This document shows, in pieces, positions 50,539 through 60,162 of a DNA stretch of 63,141 nt (the stretch's first letter is position 1; the number at the start of each line of letters is the position of its first letter). Source of the DNA: an uncultured virus (IMG/VR IMGVR_UViG_3300029955_000004) (taxonomy: Duplodnaviria; Heunggongvirae; Uroviricota; Caudoviricetes); IMG/VR virus record IMGVR_UViG_3300029955_000004, positions 62,001 through 125,141 of that record, one strand, 5' to 3'. The position numbers were made by a program, and so were the translations under genes. The notes under the pieces are model-generated. The model searched no databases. It was not told the DNA's origin and saw only the letters and a list, made by a program, of their open reading frames with translations.

Positions 50539-50889
50539 ATGCTAGAAGTATCTCAGAGAAAAGTAACCGATACCATATCGGTATTGATCAATCTTCCCAA
50601 TGACGATTCACCAAAACATAATTTTATTTTAGATATTTTCTTTGAACCGTATTTAAAAGATATAGGTCCACATCGATATATTGTATTATCACAACACAAT
50701 GATAATATTCGCGTACAATTAAACATGGTTAATACAATTTCAATAGATAGTAATAGTGTTTTTCTTATATATGAATTCTACAAGTATTATGTAAGAATAA
50801 CTAATCATTCCGATAATAATGATATTAAACTTATACACGATAAGTTACTTAATTTATGGATAGGTGGACATATGGTATCGTTAAAATAG
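50539..50889 (+). CDS. Hypothetical protein
   Basis: 116-aa ORF between hairpins, with promoter variant at 50484. Confidence 0.6.
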   Translation: MLEVSQRKVTDTISVLINLPNDDSPKHNFILDIFFEPYLKDIGPHRYIVLSQHNDNIRVQLNMVNTISIDSNSVFLIYEFYKYYVRITNHSDNNDIKLIHDKLLNLWIGGHMVSLK

Positions 50890-51076
50890 TAGTGATCAAA
50901 TTATATATTTATTAAATGTATGTTTAGATATGAAATATCCAGAATGACAAAACACGATAGTAGATGAGAGTACTCTCATCTACTATCAGTATTTTATTTA
51001 AAAATAAACGATAATGAAATTTATTCAAATATATATTATTTATTTGACATATCTAGCATAAAAAAAGGACATCGCT

Positions 51077-51646
51077 ATGCTTGACTACACACCAGACAAA
51101 GTCATATTTCGTCATTATGACACTATTGATCATGACGTATATGATCGGAAGTTCATAACTGGGACTATCCATAATGGTTCCAAAGCAAACCTCAAACGTT
51201 GGGCAATGCTCAATGGTTTGTTGAACATCATGGAAGATGAAGACGGACTTCAGGGAGGGAGGTCTCTCCACGTATCATATGGATCGACAAAGCCGGGATG
51301 TAACAAACGCATTGCACAAATGCAATATCATCCATGGCTCATTGTCCCTCCAGAAGAATTAAGTGTGTTCATTATGCCAGTCAGAGGAAATCTATTCCGA
51401 CACAGAGTAGGATTTATCATAGATTCTGAGTGGCTGAAGAATCGCATCCGCTCAATCAAGAAGTCTTATGGTCTTCTCGATGAGAATATATACAATCCTC
51501 ACATCACTGTGAGCGTTGGTACGAAAATACCGGCCAAGTTGTCGAAGCCAAACTTCGCCATCGTGATTATTGGTGAACAAACGTTGCCATATGTAACCAA
51601 ACACGTACAAGAAGAAATATCGAATAGAACATCGGCATATGCATAA
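51077..51646 (+). CDS. 2H phosphoesterase, Acb1/T4 gp57B-like
   Basis: Two Hx(S/T) motifs: SLHVSY and YNPHITV. Confidence 0.7.
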   Translation: MLDYTPDKVIFRHYDTIDHDVYDRKFITGTIHNGSKANLKRWAMLNGLLNIMEDEDGLQGGRSLHVSYGSTKPGCNKRIAQMQYHPWLIVPPEELSVFIMPVRGNLFRHRVGFIIDSEWLKNRIRSIKKSYGLLDENIYNPHITVSVGTKIPAKLSKPNFAIVIIGEQTLPYVTKHVQEEISNRTSAYA

Positions 51647-51763
51647 TAAAAGAAGTCTGGTGGACAAATGTCCACCAGACTCTTTATTTTTTTCATAAAG
51701 TTATAAAATATATATTACTAATAAGGAATAGAATATAGATAGATAAATAAATAGGAGTATCGC

Positions 51764-52507
51764 ATGTCTTCTATACTTGGTAAGGATATTACTTATATTA
51801 CTGTTACTAAAAATTATACAAATAATTATGTTATTTGTGAAAATGGTAATACCATCATTGATGTTGATACAGAATTTTTATCATGGTGTGATAACAAAGT
51901 ATTAGAAGAATTTATTATCCGGAGAACTGAAATTTTTAATCGAAAAGATATTTTTACTAAATATGGATATATACTACCCGATATAAATAACATTGCTTGT
52001 TATAAAGTTGAGATGGTAGTAGAATCAACTTCATTAAAATATTTTATTAAAACTGGCGAGATTGATAAAATGCGAGTGATACGTTTTGATATTAAAAATA
52101 TGCCTAATGTAATTGATATTTCTGATATTAATAAATTTATTTTACAAAAATATAAAATTACTACCGATGATGTCGAGAATATTTATTGTATATATAATAC
52201 GAAAACTTATCCGTATAAAACTATGATGGTTAAAAAAGAAATAGCAGATGAAATAAATAAACTTAAAAAGTTTAAAAGATTTGAATGTGGAATAGTAGCA
52301 CATCCTTATAGTAGAGAAGAGGTCATTCCTTTGTTTATTAATGAAGATTATAAAAATAATGAAGAGTATATTTCATTATCTAAATATATTGAAGATTTTA
52401 AGAAAACTAATAAGAAATACAGATTTTATACATGGGTATATTCTTGGTGTGTTTCTTGTTCTAAGTTTTTAAAACTGTTAAACCCTAAGAATCTTTTTAG
52501 AAAATAG
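51764..52507 (+). CDS. Hypothetical early protein
   Basis: 247 aa; TATATTAC at 51711; AGGAG RBS. Confidence 0.65.
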   Translation: MSSILGKDITYITVTKNYTNNYVICENGNTIIDVDTEFLSWCDNKVLEEFIIRRTEIFNRKDIFTKYGYILPDINNIACYKVEMVVESTSLKYFIKTGEIDKMRVIRFDIKNMPNVIDISDINKFILQKYKITTDDVENIYCIYNTKTYPYKTMMVKKEIADEINKLKKFKRFECGIVAHPYSREEVIPLFINEDYKNNEEYISLSKYIEDFKKTNKKYRFYTWVYSWCVSCSKFLKLLNPKNLFRK

Positions 52508-52513
52508 ATTATT

Positions 52514-53692
52514 ATGCTTGAATTAATAGTAGATTACTTAAAATCAAATATAGTTGCTAGTGGTCTTATTGTAGGTTCAGTGTCCGGTTTTCTACTATAT
52601 ATAATAAAAGGTATTCCAAAAGCTACATTTGATACTTTTTTAAAATATTTTTCTGTATCATTGACTGTAAGAAATGATGATCCTATATTTAGTGATATAG
52701 CAAATTATGTAACAAAACTAAGAAATAATGTAAAACATTTTCATTATTCTAATGATAAATATGAATTTAATGAAATAATTTATTCTGTAGATAGTAATAG
52801 AATTGTTACTATAAATAGAATTACTGAAAATAATCAAATAAGTTGGGGTAGTGGTAAGAATAAGGTAGAGACGATTATCATAAAGTGGTATCTCACAAGA
52901 AATACAAAGCTAATAACAAAGTTTGTAGAACAGTTAAAATTATCTAATGAAGATAGTAAAATGATAGATGTTTATAGTAGAAGTAATGATTATTTCGAAA
53001 TCATTAAAAAGAATAAGAGAAGTATAAATTCTATTTATCTTAATGGTGATATATTAGATAATCTTTTGAGTGATATAAAATTATTTATATCTAGTGAACA
53101 AAAAGAATGGTATGTAAAGAGAGGTATTCCATATCACAGAGGATACTTGTTTTGGGGTCCTCCTGGAACTGGAAAATCATCTTCTATATTAGCTATCGCT
53201 TCTCATTTTAACTTACCTATATTTTATTGTAATTTTAGTAACATACGTAGTGTTTCTGCATATAACAATAAAATGAAAATTGTAGTTTTAGAAGATGTTG
53301 ATACTTTGAATATTGGCAATAAGCGCGATAGTACAGACGATGTTGACAAACGCATATGCGATGATAAATCCAATGTTCCTCCTGAGCATAAAGATAACAA
53401 TAATGTTACACTTGTCTCTTTTCTGTCTTTAAGTGATGTGTTAAATGTTTTAGATGGTATCATTGCTCCAGAAAATTGTATTGTGATTATGACATCTAAT
53501 CATCCTGAAGTTCTTGATAGTGCACTTATTAGACCTGGTCGTTGTGATGAAGCTATTAAGTTTGATTTATTAGATCAAAATACCGCAGATAGAATGAAGA
53601 AAGATTTTGATATGGATGACCTTGATGTGATAACTCCTATTTCGGCAGCTGCTTTACAAAATGAACTTCTTAAAGCAAGAAAAGTTCTATAA
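52514..53692 (+). CDS. BCS1-like membrane-anchored AAA+ ATPase
   Basis: N-terminal TM; WY.KRGIPYHRGYLFWGPPGTGKSS, LEDVD, LNVLDG, TSNHPEVLDSALIRPGRCD. Confidence 0.88.
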   Translation: MLELIVDYLKSNIVASGLIVGSVSGFLLYIIKGIPKATFDTFLKYFSVSLTVRNDDPIFSDIANYVTKLRNNVKHFHYSNDKYEFNEIIYSVDSNRIVTINRITENNQISWGSGKNKVETIIIKWYLTRNTKLITKFVEQLKLSNEDSKMIDVYSRSNDYFEIIKKNKRSINSIYLNGDILDNLLSDIKLFISSEQKEWYVKRGIPYHRGYLFWGPPGTGKSSSILAIASHFNLPIFYCNFSNIRSVSAYNNKMKIVVLEDVDTLNIGNKRDSTDDVDKRICDDKSNVPPEHKDNNNVTLVSFLSLSDVLNVLDGIIAPENCIVIMTSNHPEVLDSALIRPGRCDEAIKFDLLDQNTADRMKKDFDMDDLDVITPISAAALQNELLKARKVL

Positions 53693-54059
53693 TAAATGGC
53701 ATGCAGAGGAGAATAACTCATGATACCTACAAAATTTTATAAAAAATATTACGATTAATAATATAGAAATATAGAAGGACATGATAAACAAGCAGTTAAA
53801 ATGACATTATACTGTTTTACTTGTACTAAAATTCTTTATTCTTATTCTGTTCAGTGTGCACTTGTTAGAAACAAAATGTATAATACAGAAGATTTACATT
53901 GGGTAGATTCTATTATTGGTATATCTAAATGCCTTAGTATAAAAAGAATAGCTAGGTTTAATGAAAAATATAGAGTAAGTAGATTTCTAAGAAAGTATGT
54001 TAATAATAGACTCAGGATGATACAACGACACGAATAATCACTTTCCCAAAAGGACTACC

Positions 54060-55865
54060 ATGTCAACGAAAGATGAAAAGTTACATGTACTAACGTGCTG
54101 TTTTAACCCAGAGAATTATAAAGTTCGATATAAGTTGGATCATGACTTTACTGAATATCTTAAAGATTTCCCTAATGTTATTCATTATAAAATCGAACTG
54201 GCATTTGGCGATCAGGAGTTTGTAACAACATCTATTGATAATCCTAACCATATGCAATTACGTACAAATACTATTCTCTGGTATAAAGAAAACTTGTTAG
54301 AAATTCTACGTAAATCAAAATTACCTAAGGATTGTAAGTTTGCATGGATGGATGCTGATATTACTTTTAGTAATGTCAATATCATTAATGATACATTATC
54401 AGCACTTAATGAAAATAGCATTGTTCATATGTTTGATAAGAAGATTAATCTCGGTCCTGATGAAGAAGAACTTAATAGTAGTACTGGTAGTATTGCTAAG
54501 TATATTAACACTAGTAATTTCGGCGGCGCGTCTGGCTTAGCATGGGCAGCAAATAATGAATTTATTAATGCAATTGGTGGACTTATCGATTGGTGTATTA
54601 TTGGTTCTGCCGACTGGTGTATGTCAGCAGCTATGCTAGATTGTTTATCTGAATTGGAGTATGATAAATATAATGAATACACCAAACCACTACTTGATGC
54701 ATGGCATGCTAAATTACAGGAAAATGATATTGGTGTAGGATATGTGCATGGTATATGTTATCATCATTTTCATGGTCATAAGAAGGACCGTGGGTATGAT
54801 TGGCGACATAATATTCTTATGAAACATGAGTTTGACCCTAGTAATGATTTACTTTATTTAGATAATGGACTATTGGATATTAGTGTAAAGAAAATGGAAT
54901 TACGTAATGAATTGCGCGAATACTTCCATAGTCGCCAAGAAGATAACGATGTCGAAAATATACTACATGTAGTAACTACGGTATTCAATCCATCTGGTTA
55001 TAATAGTCGATATTTTCTATATAATCAGTTTAAACGATATATGGCTAAATTTAAGAATGTTGTTCTTTATACAGTTGAATTAACTATTGGTGATCAGCAT
55101 CATGTTGTAACAGATAACTATAATCCGCGTCATTTACAACTACATACTAACAATGTGTTATGGTATAAAGAAAATCTTATTAATGAAGGTATTAAGAAAC
55201 TAATTCCTGCTTCAGCTAAAAATATCGCATACTTTGATGCAGATATGGCGTATTATGATGATAATTGGCCTATGTACATTGTTGATAAACTGAAAGAGTG
55301 TGATGTTGTACAATGCTGGTCGTCTTTGGATTTCTTAGATGAAAATTATAATGTATATAAAACACGTAATAGTTTTATGTCAGATTATATGTCTGGTCTG
55401 CGTCCATCTTTGGATAATCCATTGGGTCCTCCTGGTCTAGCATGGGCAATGACACGCGAAGCTTATGACAAGATTGGGAGAATTTATGATAAAAATATTG
55501 TTGGTGCTAATGATAGGGATTTCTGCCATATTCTTGTTAATGAACATTACCGAATGCCAGAAACATTGAATGGATATGATGAACTTATGAGATATAACAA
55601 TATTGTACGTGCTGCTAATCTATCATACGGATATGTCGACTTGGTCGCAATGCATTATTTTCACGGACATACAAAAGACCGTGGATATGGTGTACGAGAT
55701 TCCATCTTAAATGACATTGATATATCACAAGATCTTAGTTATGATGAGAATGGGCTTCTTCAGATAGTTAACAATAAAGACCATATCTACTTAAAACTAA
55801 AGAAATACTTCGATTCTCGTAATGAAGATGTAGGACATGTGGTAAAAGACGCTGCTGCTGAATAA
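54060..55865 (+). CDS. Tandem-duplicated GT-A glycosyltransferase-like protein
   Basis: Two ~300-aa repeats, each with LHV...FNP, LWYKENL, DAD, GLAWA, H.FHG..KDRGY, YF.SR.ED. Confidence 0.65.
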   Translation: MSTKDEKLHVLTCCFNPENYKVRYKLDHDFTEYLKDFPNVIHYKIELAFGDQEFVTTSIDNPNHMQLRTNTILWYKENLLEILRKSKLPKDCKFAWMDADITFSNVNIINDTLSALNENSIVHMFDKKINLGPDEEELNSSTGSIAKYINTSNFGGASGLAWAANNEFINAIGGLIDWCIIGSADWCMSAAMLDCLSELEYDKYNEYTKPLLDAWHAKLQENDIGVGYVHGICYHHFHGHKKDRGYDWRHNILMKHEFDPSNDLLYLDNGLLDISVKKMELRNELREYFHSRQEDNDVENILHVVTTVFNPSGYNSRYFLYNQFKRYMAKFKNVVLYTVELTIGDQHHVVTDNYNPRHLQLHTNNVLWYKENLINEGIKKLIPASAKNIAYFDADMAYYDDNWPMYIVDKLKECDVVQCWSSLDFLDENYNVYKTRNSFMSDYMSGLRPSLDNPLGPPGLAWAMTREAYDKIGRIYDKNIVGANDRDFCHILVNEHYRMPETLNGYDELMRYNNIVRAANLSYGYVDLVAMHYFHGHTKDRGYGVRDSILNDIDISQDLSYDENGLLQIVNNKDHIYLKLKKYFDSRNEDVGHVVKDAAAE

Positions 55866-55899
55866 ACTCATAGAGAATCAGAAGTTATCGCACGAAGTG

Positions 55900-55931
55900 T
55901 AAGAGACTGGTGCGTGCGCACCAGTCTCTTA
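55900..55931 (+). terminator. Hairpin terminator
   Basis: TAAGAGACTGGTGCG-TG-CGCACCAGTCTCTTA. Confidence 0.7.
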
Positions 55932-56006
55932 TTACATTTTATTTAAACATAAGATCATATAAATATGAATAATAGACTCTATTATAAAATTATTCTAAGA
56001 TAGAAG

Positions 56007-56145
56007 TGTTCGATTGCACGTGCCTGGAAAACACGCGTCTCAGCAGTGATGTGGCAATTGGCCTACAACAAGCACATCATCTAACGTACCAGGCAATCGA
56101 GTAGGTGCTCACCATAATGTTGAGATTTTGAGCACTCAACTTTTT
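56007..56145 (+). ncRNA. Candidate structured leader RNA / ncRNA, unassigned family
   Basis: GC-rich intergenic island with several complementary segments, an anticodon-like loop and a terminator-like 3-prime end. Confidence 0.5.
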
Positions 56146-56172
56146 GAAGAATTAAACCAGAAGGATCAAAAA

Positions 56173-57300
56173 ATGCAGATCAAAGAAGCAATACATAATC
56201 TATTTTTCAATGTGTTGAAATTAAAAGAGAATGATACTTTATGGTTAGAATTTGATAATCCTTCTGTTGGTAGTCTTATGGTTAATACTATTAAAAATTT
56301 TAAACAGAACACAAATTTTAAAGTAAATTATGTTGATGTACAAGCTGATATTCTTAGATTATCTATATCTAAAAGTAATATTGAAGAAAGAGAATTTGTC
56401 GATGAGATGATGCGTAAGATGAAATTGTGTAATAAATATATAAGATTTGTTGACGATGGTGCTATTAGTCATTTTTGTTCTTTATATGAACAGTTCGGTA
56501 TTAAAGAACTTGTTGGTAAAAGAAGAATGTTAATGTCTGAAGTTACTCGATATAGAGTTAATAATCTCAAGTGGGTAGTCTCTGTAATTCCCTCTATACC
56601 ATTAGCAAATTTTTATAAATGTGATTTTGATGAATTTTCAAAGATGATTATTGATGGTATTAATTTGAATTATGCAGAACTTGAAAAGTATGCAACTCCA
56701 CTTATAGATATCTTAAATCAAAAAGGTAAAACTGTTCGTATATATAGCGATGCTCGATTTACTGATCTTACATTCAAGCTATCTGGAGCTGGCACTGAAC
56801 TTTGTGCTGGTAAGATCAATATCCCAGACGGTGAAGTATTTACATCTCCTGAATTAAATAGTGTCAATGGTACAATTATGTTTGGCCCTAGTTACTATAA
56901 TGGAGAATTCTTTAAATATATTTATTGTGAATTTAAAGATGGTGTTTGTTATAAATCTCTTGCAGAAAGTGAAGAGCGTACAAATGCTTTAAATAAGATT
57001 CTAGATGTTGATCCTGGAGCAAGAAAAGTTGGTGAATTTGCACTTGGGTTAAATACTAAAATCACTAAGTCGACAGGATTTGTTTTGACTGATGAAAAAG
57101 TATTTGGATCTATACATCTTGCTTTAGGTAAAGCTTATGAAACTATGTCGGATAATGGGAATAGATTGGCCAATCATTGGGACCTTGTTCACAATCAACA
57201 ATTAAGATATGGTGGCGGTGCCCTTTATATCGATGGTGTTCTTATAAGAAAAGATGGATTATTTGTTCCAGAAGAACTTACACCTCTAAATACTTTATAA
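56173..57300 (+). CDS. M29 family aminopeptidase (AmpS/PepS-like)
   Basis: NIPDGEVFTSP, GARKVGEFALGLN, DEKVFGSIHLALGKAY, HWDLV; AAGGA RBS before ATG 56173. Confidence 0.9.
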   Translation: MQIKEAIHNLFFNVLKLKENDTLWLEFDNPSVGSLMVNTIKNFKQNTNFKVNYVDVQADILRLSISKSNIEEREFVDEMMRKMKLCNKYIRFVDDGAISHFCSLYEQFGIKELVGKRRMLMSEVTRYRVNNLKWVVSVIPSIPLANFYKCDFDEFSKMIIDGINLNYAELEKYATPLIDILNQKGKTVRIYSDARFTDLTFKLSGAGTELCAGKINIPDGEVFTSPELNSVNGTIMFGPSYYNGEFFKYIYCEFKDGVCYKSLAESEERTNALNKILDVDPGARKVGEFALGLNTKITKSTGFVLTDEKVFGSIHLALGKAYETMSDNGNRLANHWDLVHNQQLRYGGGALYIDGVLIRKDGLFVPEELTPLNTL

Positions 57301-57303
57301 TGA

Positions 57304-58227
57304 ATGGCTATTGTAGAGGTACCAACTAAAGATTTAATGGAACTTAGATTACATACACAAGTTATGATACATCCTGGCAATGCACTTGGTATTAAGAGTG
57401 GCGGAATAGCAGATGCTTTTGAAAAAGAATATCCTAATTCTTTTGATATGTATAAAACAGGTGGATTTGTAGAAGGTACTTTTAGAGTAGGAACCGTTCT
57501 TGAAACTATAGAGAAAAATCATGTTATTCTTCATCTCATTACGAAAAATCATTATGGCGATGTTATGTCATATGACGATCTTAGAGTGTGTCTTAATAAC
57601 TTAAAAGACTATTTGTTAGATAATTCATTTATAGATAGATCAAAATATGTTTGTTGTATTCCTATTCTCGGGTGTTATAATAATCAATTAGATACAGATA
57701 CTGTTGTTAAAATGTATTATGATATTTTAGATGATATACCAAATATAATTCAATTATGTAGACAACCAGAAAGTTATAATAGATTTCCTCAATATCTTGG
57801 TCTTTGTGGTCATATACGATTTAATAATAAGAAACTATTAAAAGTTGAATTATCTACTTTTATAAATAATGTATTTCCTACAGCACTTAAAGCCATAGTG
57901 ATAACAGATACGAATAATGATTTTAATAGAACAGTCGAAGACGTTGTTGATGAACTTAATATAAAACTTATTAAAGTACCAACAGATTTTAAACAATTTA
58001 AAAAGAATGGTTTTTATATTAGAAATTCTATTATGTTTAATATTTGTACAGCATTCTTATCTATTAATAAAAACAAATTCTATTCGTCTTTATCTTACTT
58101 TTTAGAAGAGAAGGTTGTTAAGTATAATAGAAACTGTGATGATCTCAGAGTTATTAAAAAATATAATGAACCAGATCTTTTTGTTCCAGATAGAAAAGTC
58201 TTTATTAATTCAAACATATATTACTAA
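57304..58227 (+). CDS. Macrodomain (DarG/Poa1-like) fused to a SLOG/YspA-like domain
   Basis: GNALGIKSGGIADAF...TKNHY...IPILGC; then GHIRFNN...VPTDFKQF...IRNSIM. Confidence 0.7.
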   Translation: MAIVEVPTKDLMELRLHTQVMIHPGNALGIKSGGIADAFEKEYPNSFDMYKTGGFVEGTFRVGTVLETIEKNHVILHLITKNHYGDVMSYDDLRVCLNNLKDYLLDNSFIDRSKYVCCIPILGCYNNQLDTDTVVKMYYDILDDIPNIIQLCRQPESYNRFPQYLGLCGHIRFNNKKLLKVELSTFINNVFPTALKAIVITDTNNDFNRTVEDVVDELNIKLIKVPTDFKQFKKNGFYIRNSIMFNICTAFLSINKNKFYSSLSYFLEEKVVKYNRNCDDLRVIKKYNEPDLFVPDRKVFINSNIYY

Positions 58228-58253
58228 TCTGAACAAACAAAAGGAAAGATTGT

Positions 58254-59381
58254 ATGGATTTCGGAGAAGATTCTAATTTCGATTTTAAATTATCTTCGGA
58301 TGTAGCAAAAGGTGTTGTTATAAATAACAATAATTCCATTGGTCAATCCCATACTTTTGAATTAACATCATCTAAAGACAGTAAAGAACTTATATTACGA
58401 CCCATTAAAGATTTTACAACTCCTAAACGTATCTATGGTAGAGATCTTATTGTAAAGAGAGATCGTGTTTTAAATAAATATAAGTCTACAACGACGACTC
58501 TTGGTGTATTGGCGGTTGGTGAAAAAGGAAGTGGTAAGTCACTTCTCCTCCAGATGATTAGTATTCTGGCGTGGGAAAGATACCAACTCAATACAGTTGT
58601 TATTGCAGACGATAGTTTAACGTATAATAAGGCTGGTGAATTATTGCTTGATTATATTTCTAAGTTACCCCCATGTGTTATCATTATCGACGAATTTGAA
58701 AAGATATTTAACATTTATGATCAGAAACGACTTCTTACACTCATGTCTGGTTTGTATGCTACTCGAAAGATTTTCTTATTATCTGCTAATGATAAAAATC
58801 GTATTGATCAACATATGCTCAATAGGCCTGAAAGAATTCGATATTATTATCAGTTTAGTGGTGTTGGTGAAGATTACATTCGTGAATTTTGCGAAGAACG
58901 ACTTAATGATAATATCTCTGATAGAATTAATAAGAATGAAGAAATTAATGATATTGTTTCTATTGCAAAAACATTTAGTGCATTTAATCACGACATGTTG
59001 CAGGCGCTTGTTGAAGAGATTAATGAGTTTAAAGAACCTGCATATACAGCAGTTAAGTATCTGAATATTAATCCTGAAAATGCTAATAAAATGAAATGGT
59101 CTATTGGTATATTCGATAAAGACAATAAACCATTCCAAGCTGTTAATCCTAATGTTCATACAAAACATCCTCTTGATATTGAAAATTTAATGGTTAGTTA
59201 TTCTGATGGTAATAGTCCTTGGAATAGTATTGTTTTGACATCTGCTGATTATGTTGATGCTCAGAATGAAAATACTATTTATGTATACAAACAAGGTGAT
59301 GTGACTGTTAAGTTTATTAAAGTTGAAGATAAAATTGTTGATTATTTAACCGGGACAATTCAAACAGGAGAAAAGAAATGA
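58254..59381 (+). CDS. AAA+ ATPase
   Basis: GEKGSGKS, IIIDEFEK, MLNRPERIRY. Confidence 0.85.
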   Translation: MDFGEDSNFDFKLSSDVAKGVVINNNNSIGQSHTFELTSSKDSKELILRPIKDFTTPKRIYGRDLIVKRDRVLNKYKSTTTTLGVLAVGEKGSGKSLLLQMISILAWERYQLNTVVIADDSLTYNKAGELLLDYISKLPPCVIIIDEFEKIFNIYDQKRLLTLMSGLYATRKIFLLSANDKNRIDQHMLNRPERIRYYYQFSGVGEDYIREFCEERLNDNISDRINKNEEINDIVSIAKTFSAFNHDMLQALVEEINEFKEPAYTAVKYLNINPENANKMKWSIGIFDKDNKPFQAVNPNVHTKHPLDIENLMVSYSDGNSPWNSIVLTSADYVDAQNENTIYVYKQGDVTVKFIKVEDKIVDYLTGTIQTGEKK

Positions 59382-60148
59382 TAGCTTTAAAATCGACAGT
59401 TGGAAATGTTTATATATTAGAAAGTATTGGTATTATTAAACAGCTTAGTACTTTTAAAAATGGTAATGAAATACGTATTCAGGTCGTATTAGATAATAAG
59501 CATATTCCTATTAATGATAATCCGTGTACTATTGATATTGATTGTGAAGATAGTAATGAAGTGAGATCTACTCTTGATATATTATTTGCTCATGCTGATA
59601 ATAGTAACGATATTACGGATATTATCTATAAGTGTTCAGGAGATTTACAAGTTACTACTAATAACGTGGTTACTGGCGGAACTGGCCTCACTGGATGTGA
59701 TATCGGTAGTGGTAGTAGTACTACATTTATCGATATGGGTAATTCTGGTATTAAAGAAAGCGATAGCGAAGGACCTACGTTTCTCAAAGGACTGGATAAT
59801 TATCACTTTAATTTCTCTATCGTATTAGATGAAAATATTATTAGTAGTATTACAACAACTCCTAATTTTAGACAAGAATTTATAAATGGCGATGATGATA
59901 TTATTTGGAACATGTCTGCGGATAACGATAAAGTTAATATGAGTATTTCTGGGACAGAATTTGAAATACAACTCAGTTCTATCAATATAGGTGTACATAA
60001 ACTCATTAGAACTATTAGAAATGAATTGATAAAGATGTTTACTGAGTTTAATAATGCTGAAGTAATTATTTTATCAAATGATAGTGGAAATAATCGTATT
60101 ATTGATCTTTCACCATATTCTACTAAAGCATGCTTAGTACTGAAGTAA
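59378..60148 (+). CDS. Hypothetical protein
   Basis: 256 aa; ATGA overlap with the ATPase gene. Confidence 0.65.
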   Translation: MIALKSTVGNVYILESIGIIKQLSTFKNGNEIRIQVVLDNKHIPINDNPCTIDIDCEDSNEVRSTLDILFAHADNSNDITDIIYKCSGDLQVTTNNVVTGGTGLTGCDIGSGSSTTFIDMGNSGIKESDSEGPTFLKGLDNYHFNFSIVLDENIISSITTTPNFRQEFINGDDDIIWNMSADNDKVNMSISGTEFEIQLSSINIGVHKLIRTIRNELIKMFTEFNNAEVIILSNDSGNNRIIDLSPYSTKACLVLK

Positions 60149-60162
60149 TTATTTTATCAAAT
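60057..60162 (+). repeat. 23-bp direct repeat
   Basis: CTGAAGTAATTATTTTATCAAAT at 60057-60079 and 60140-60162. Confidence 0.9.

Noticed and set aside
53801..54037. 78-aa ORF
   Set aside because: An RBS and in-frame ATG near 53720 are interrupted by a stop, so it may be a broken gene; too uncertain to call
56007..56103. Complete tRNA-Ser, or an HDV/pistol/hammerhead ribozyme or TPP riboswitch
   Set aside because: No T-arm (GTTCGA lies upstream of the anticodon-like arm) and no acceptor stem; the catalytic or aptamer cores of those families could not be assembled on either strand
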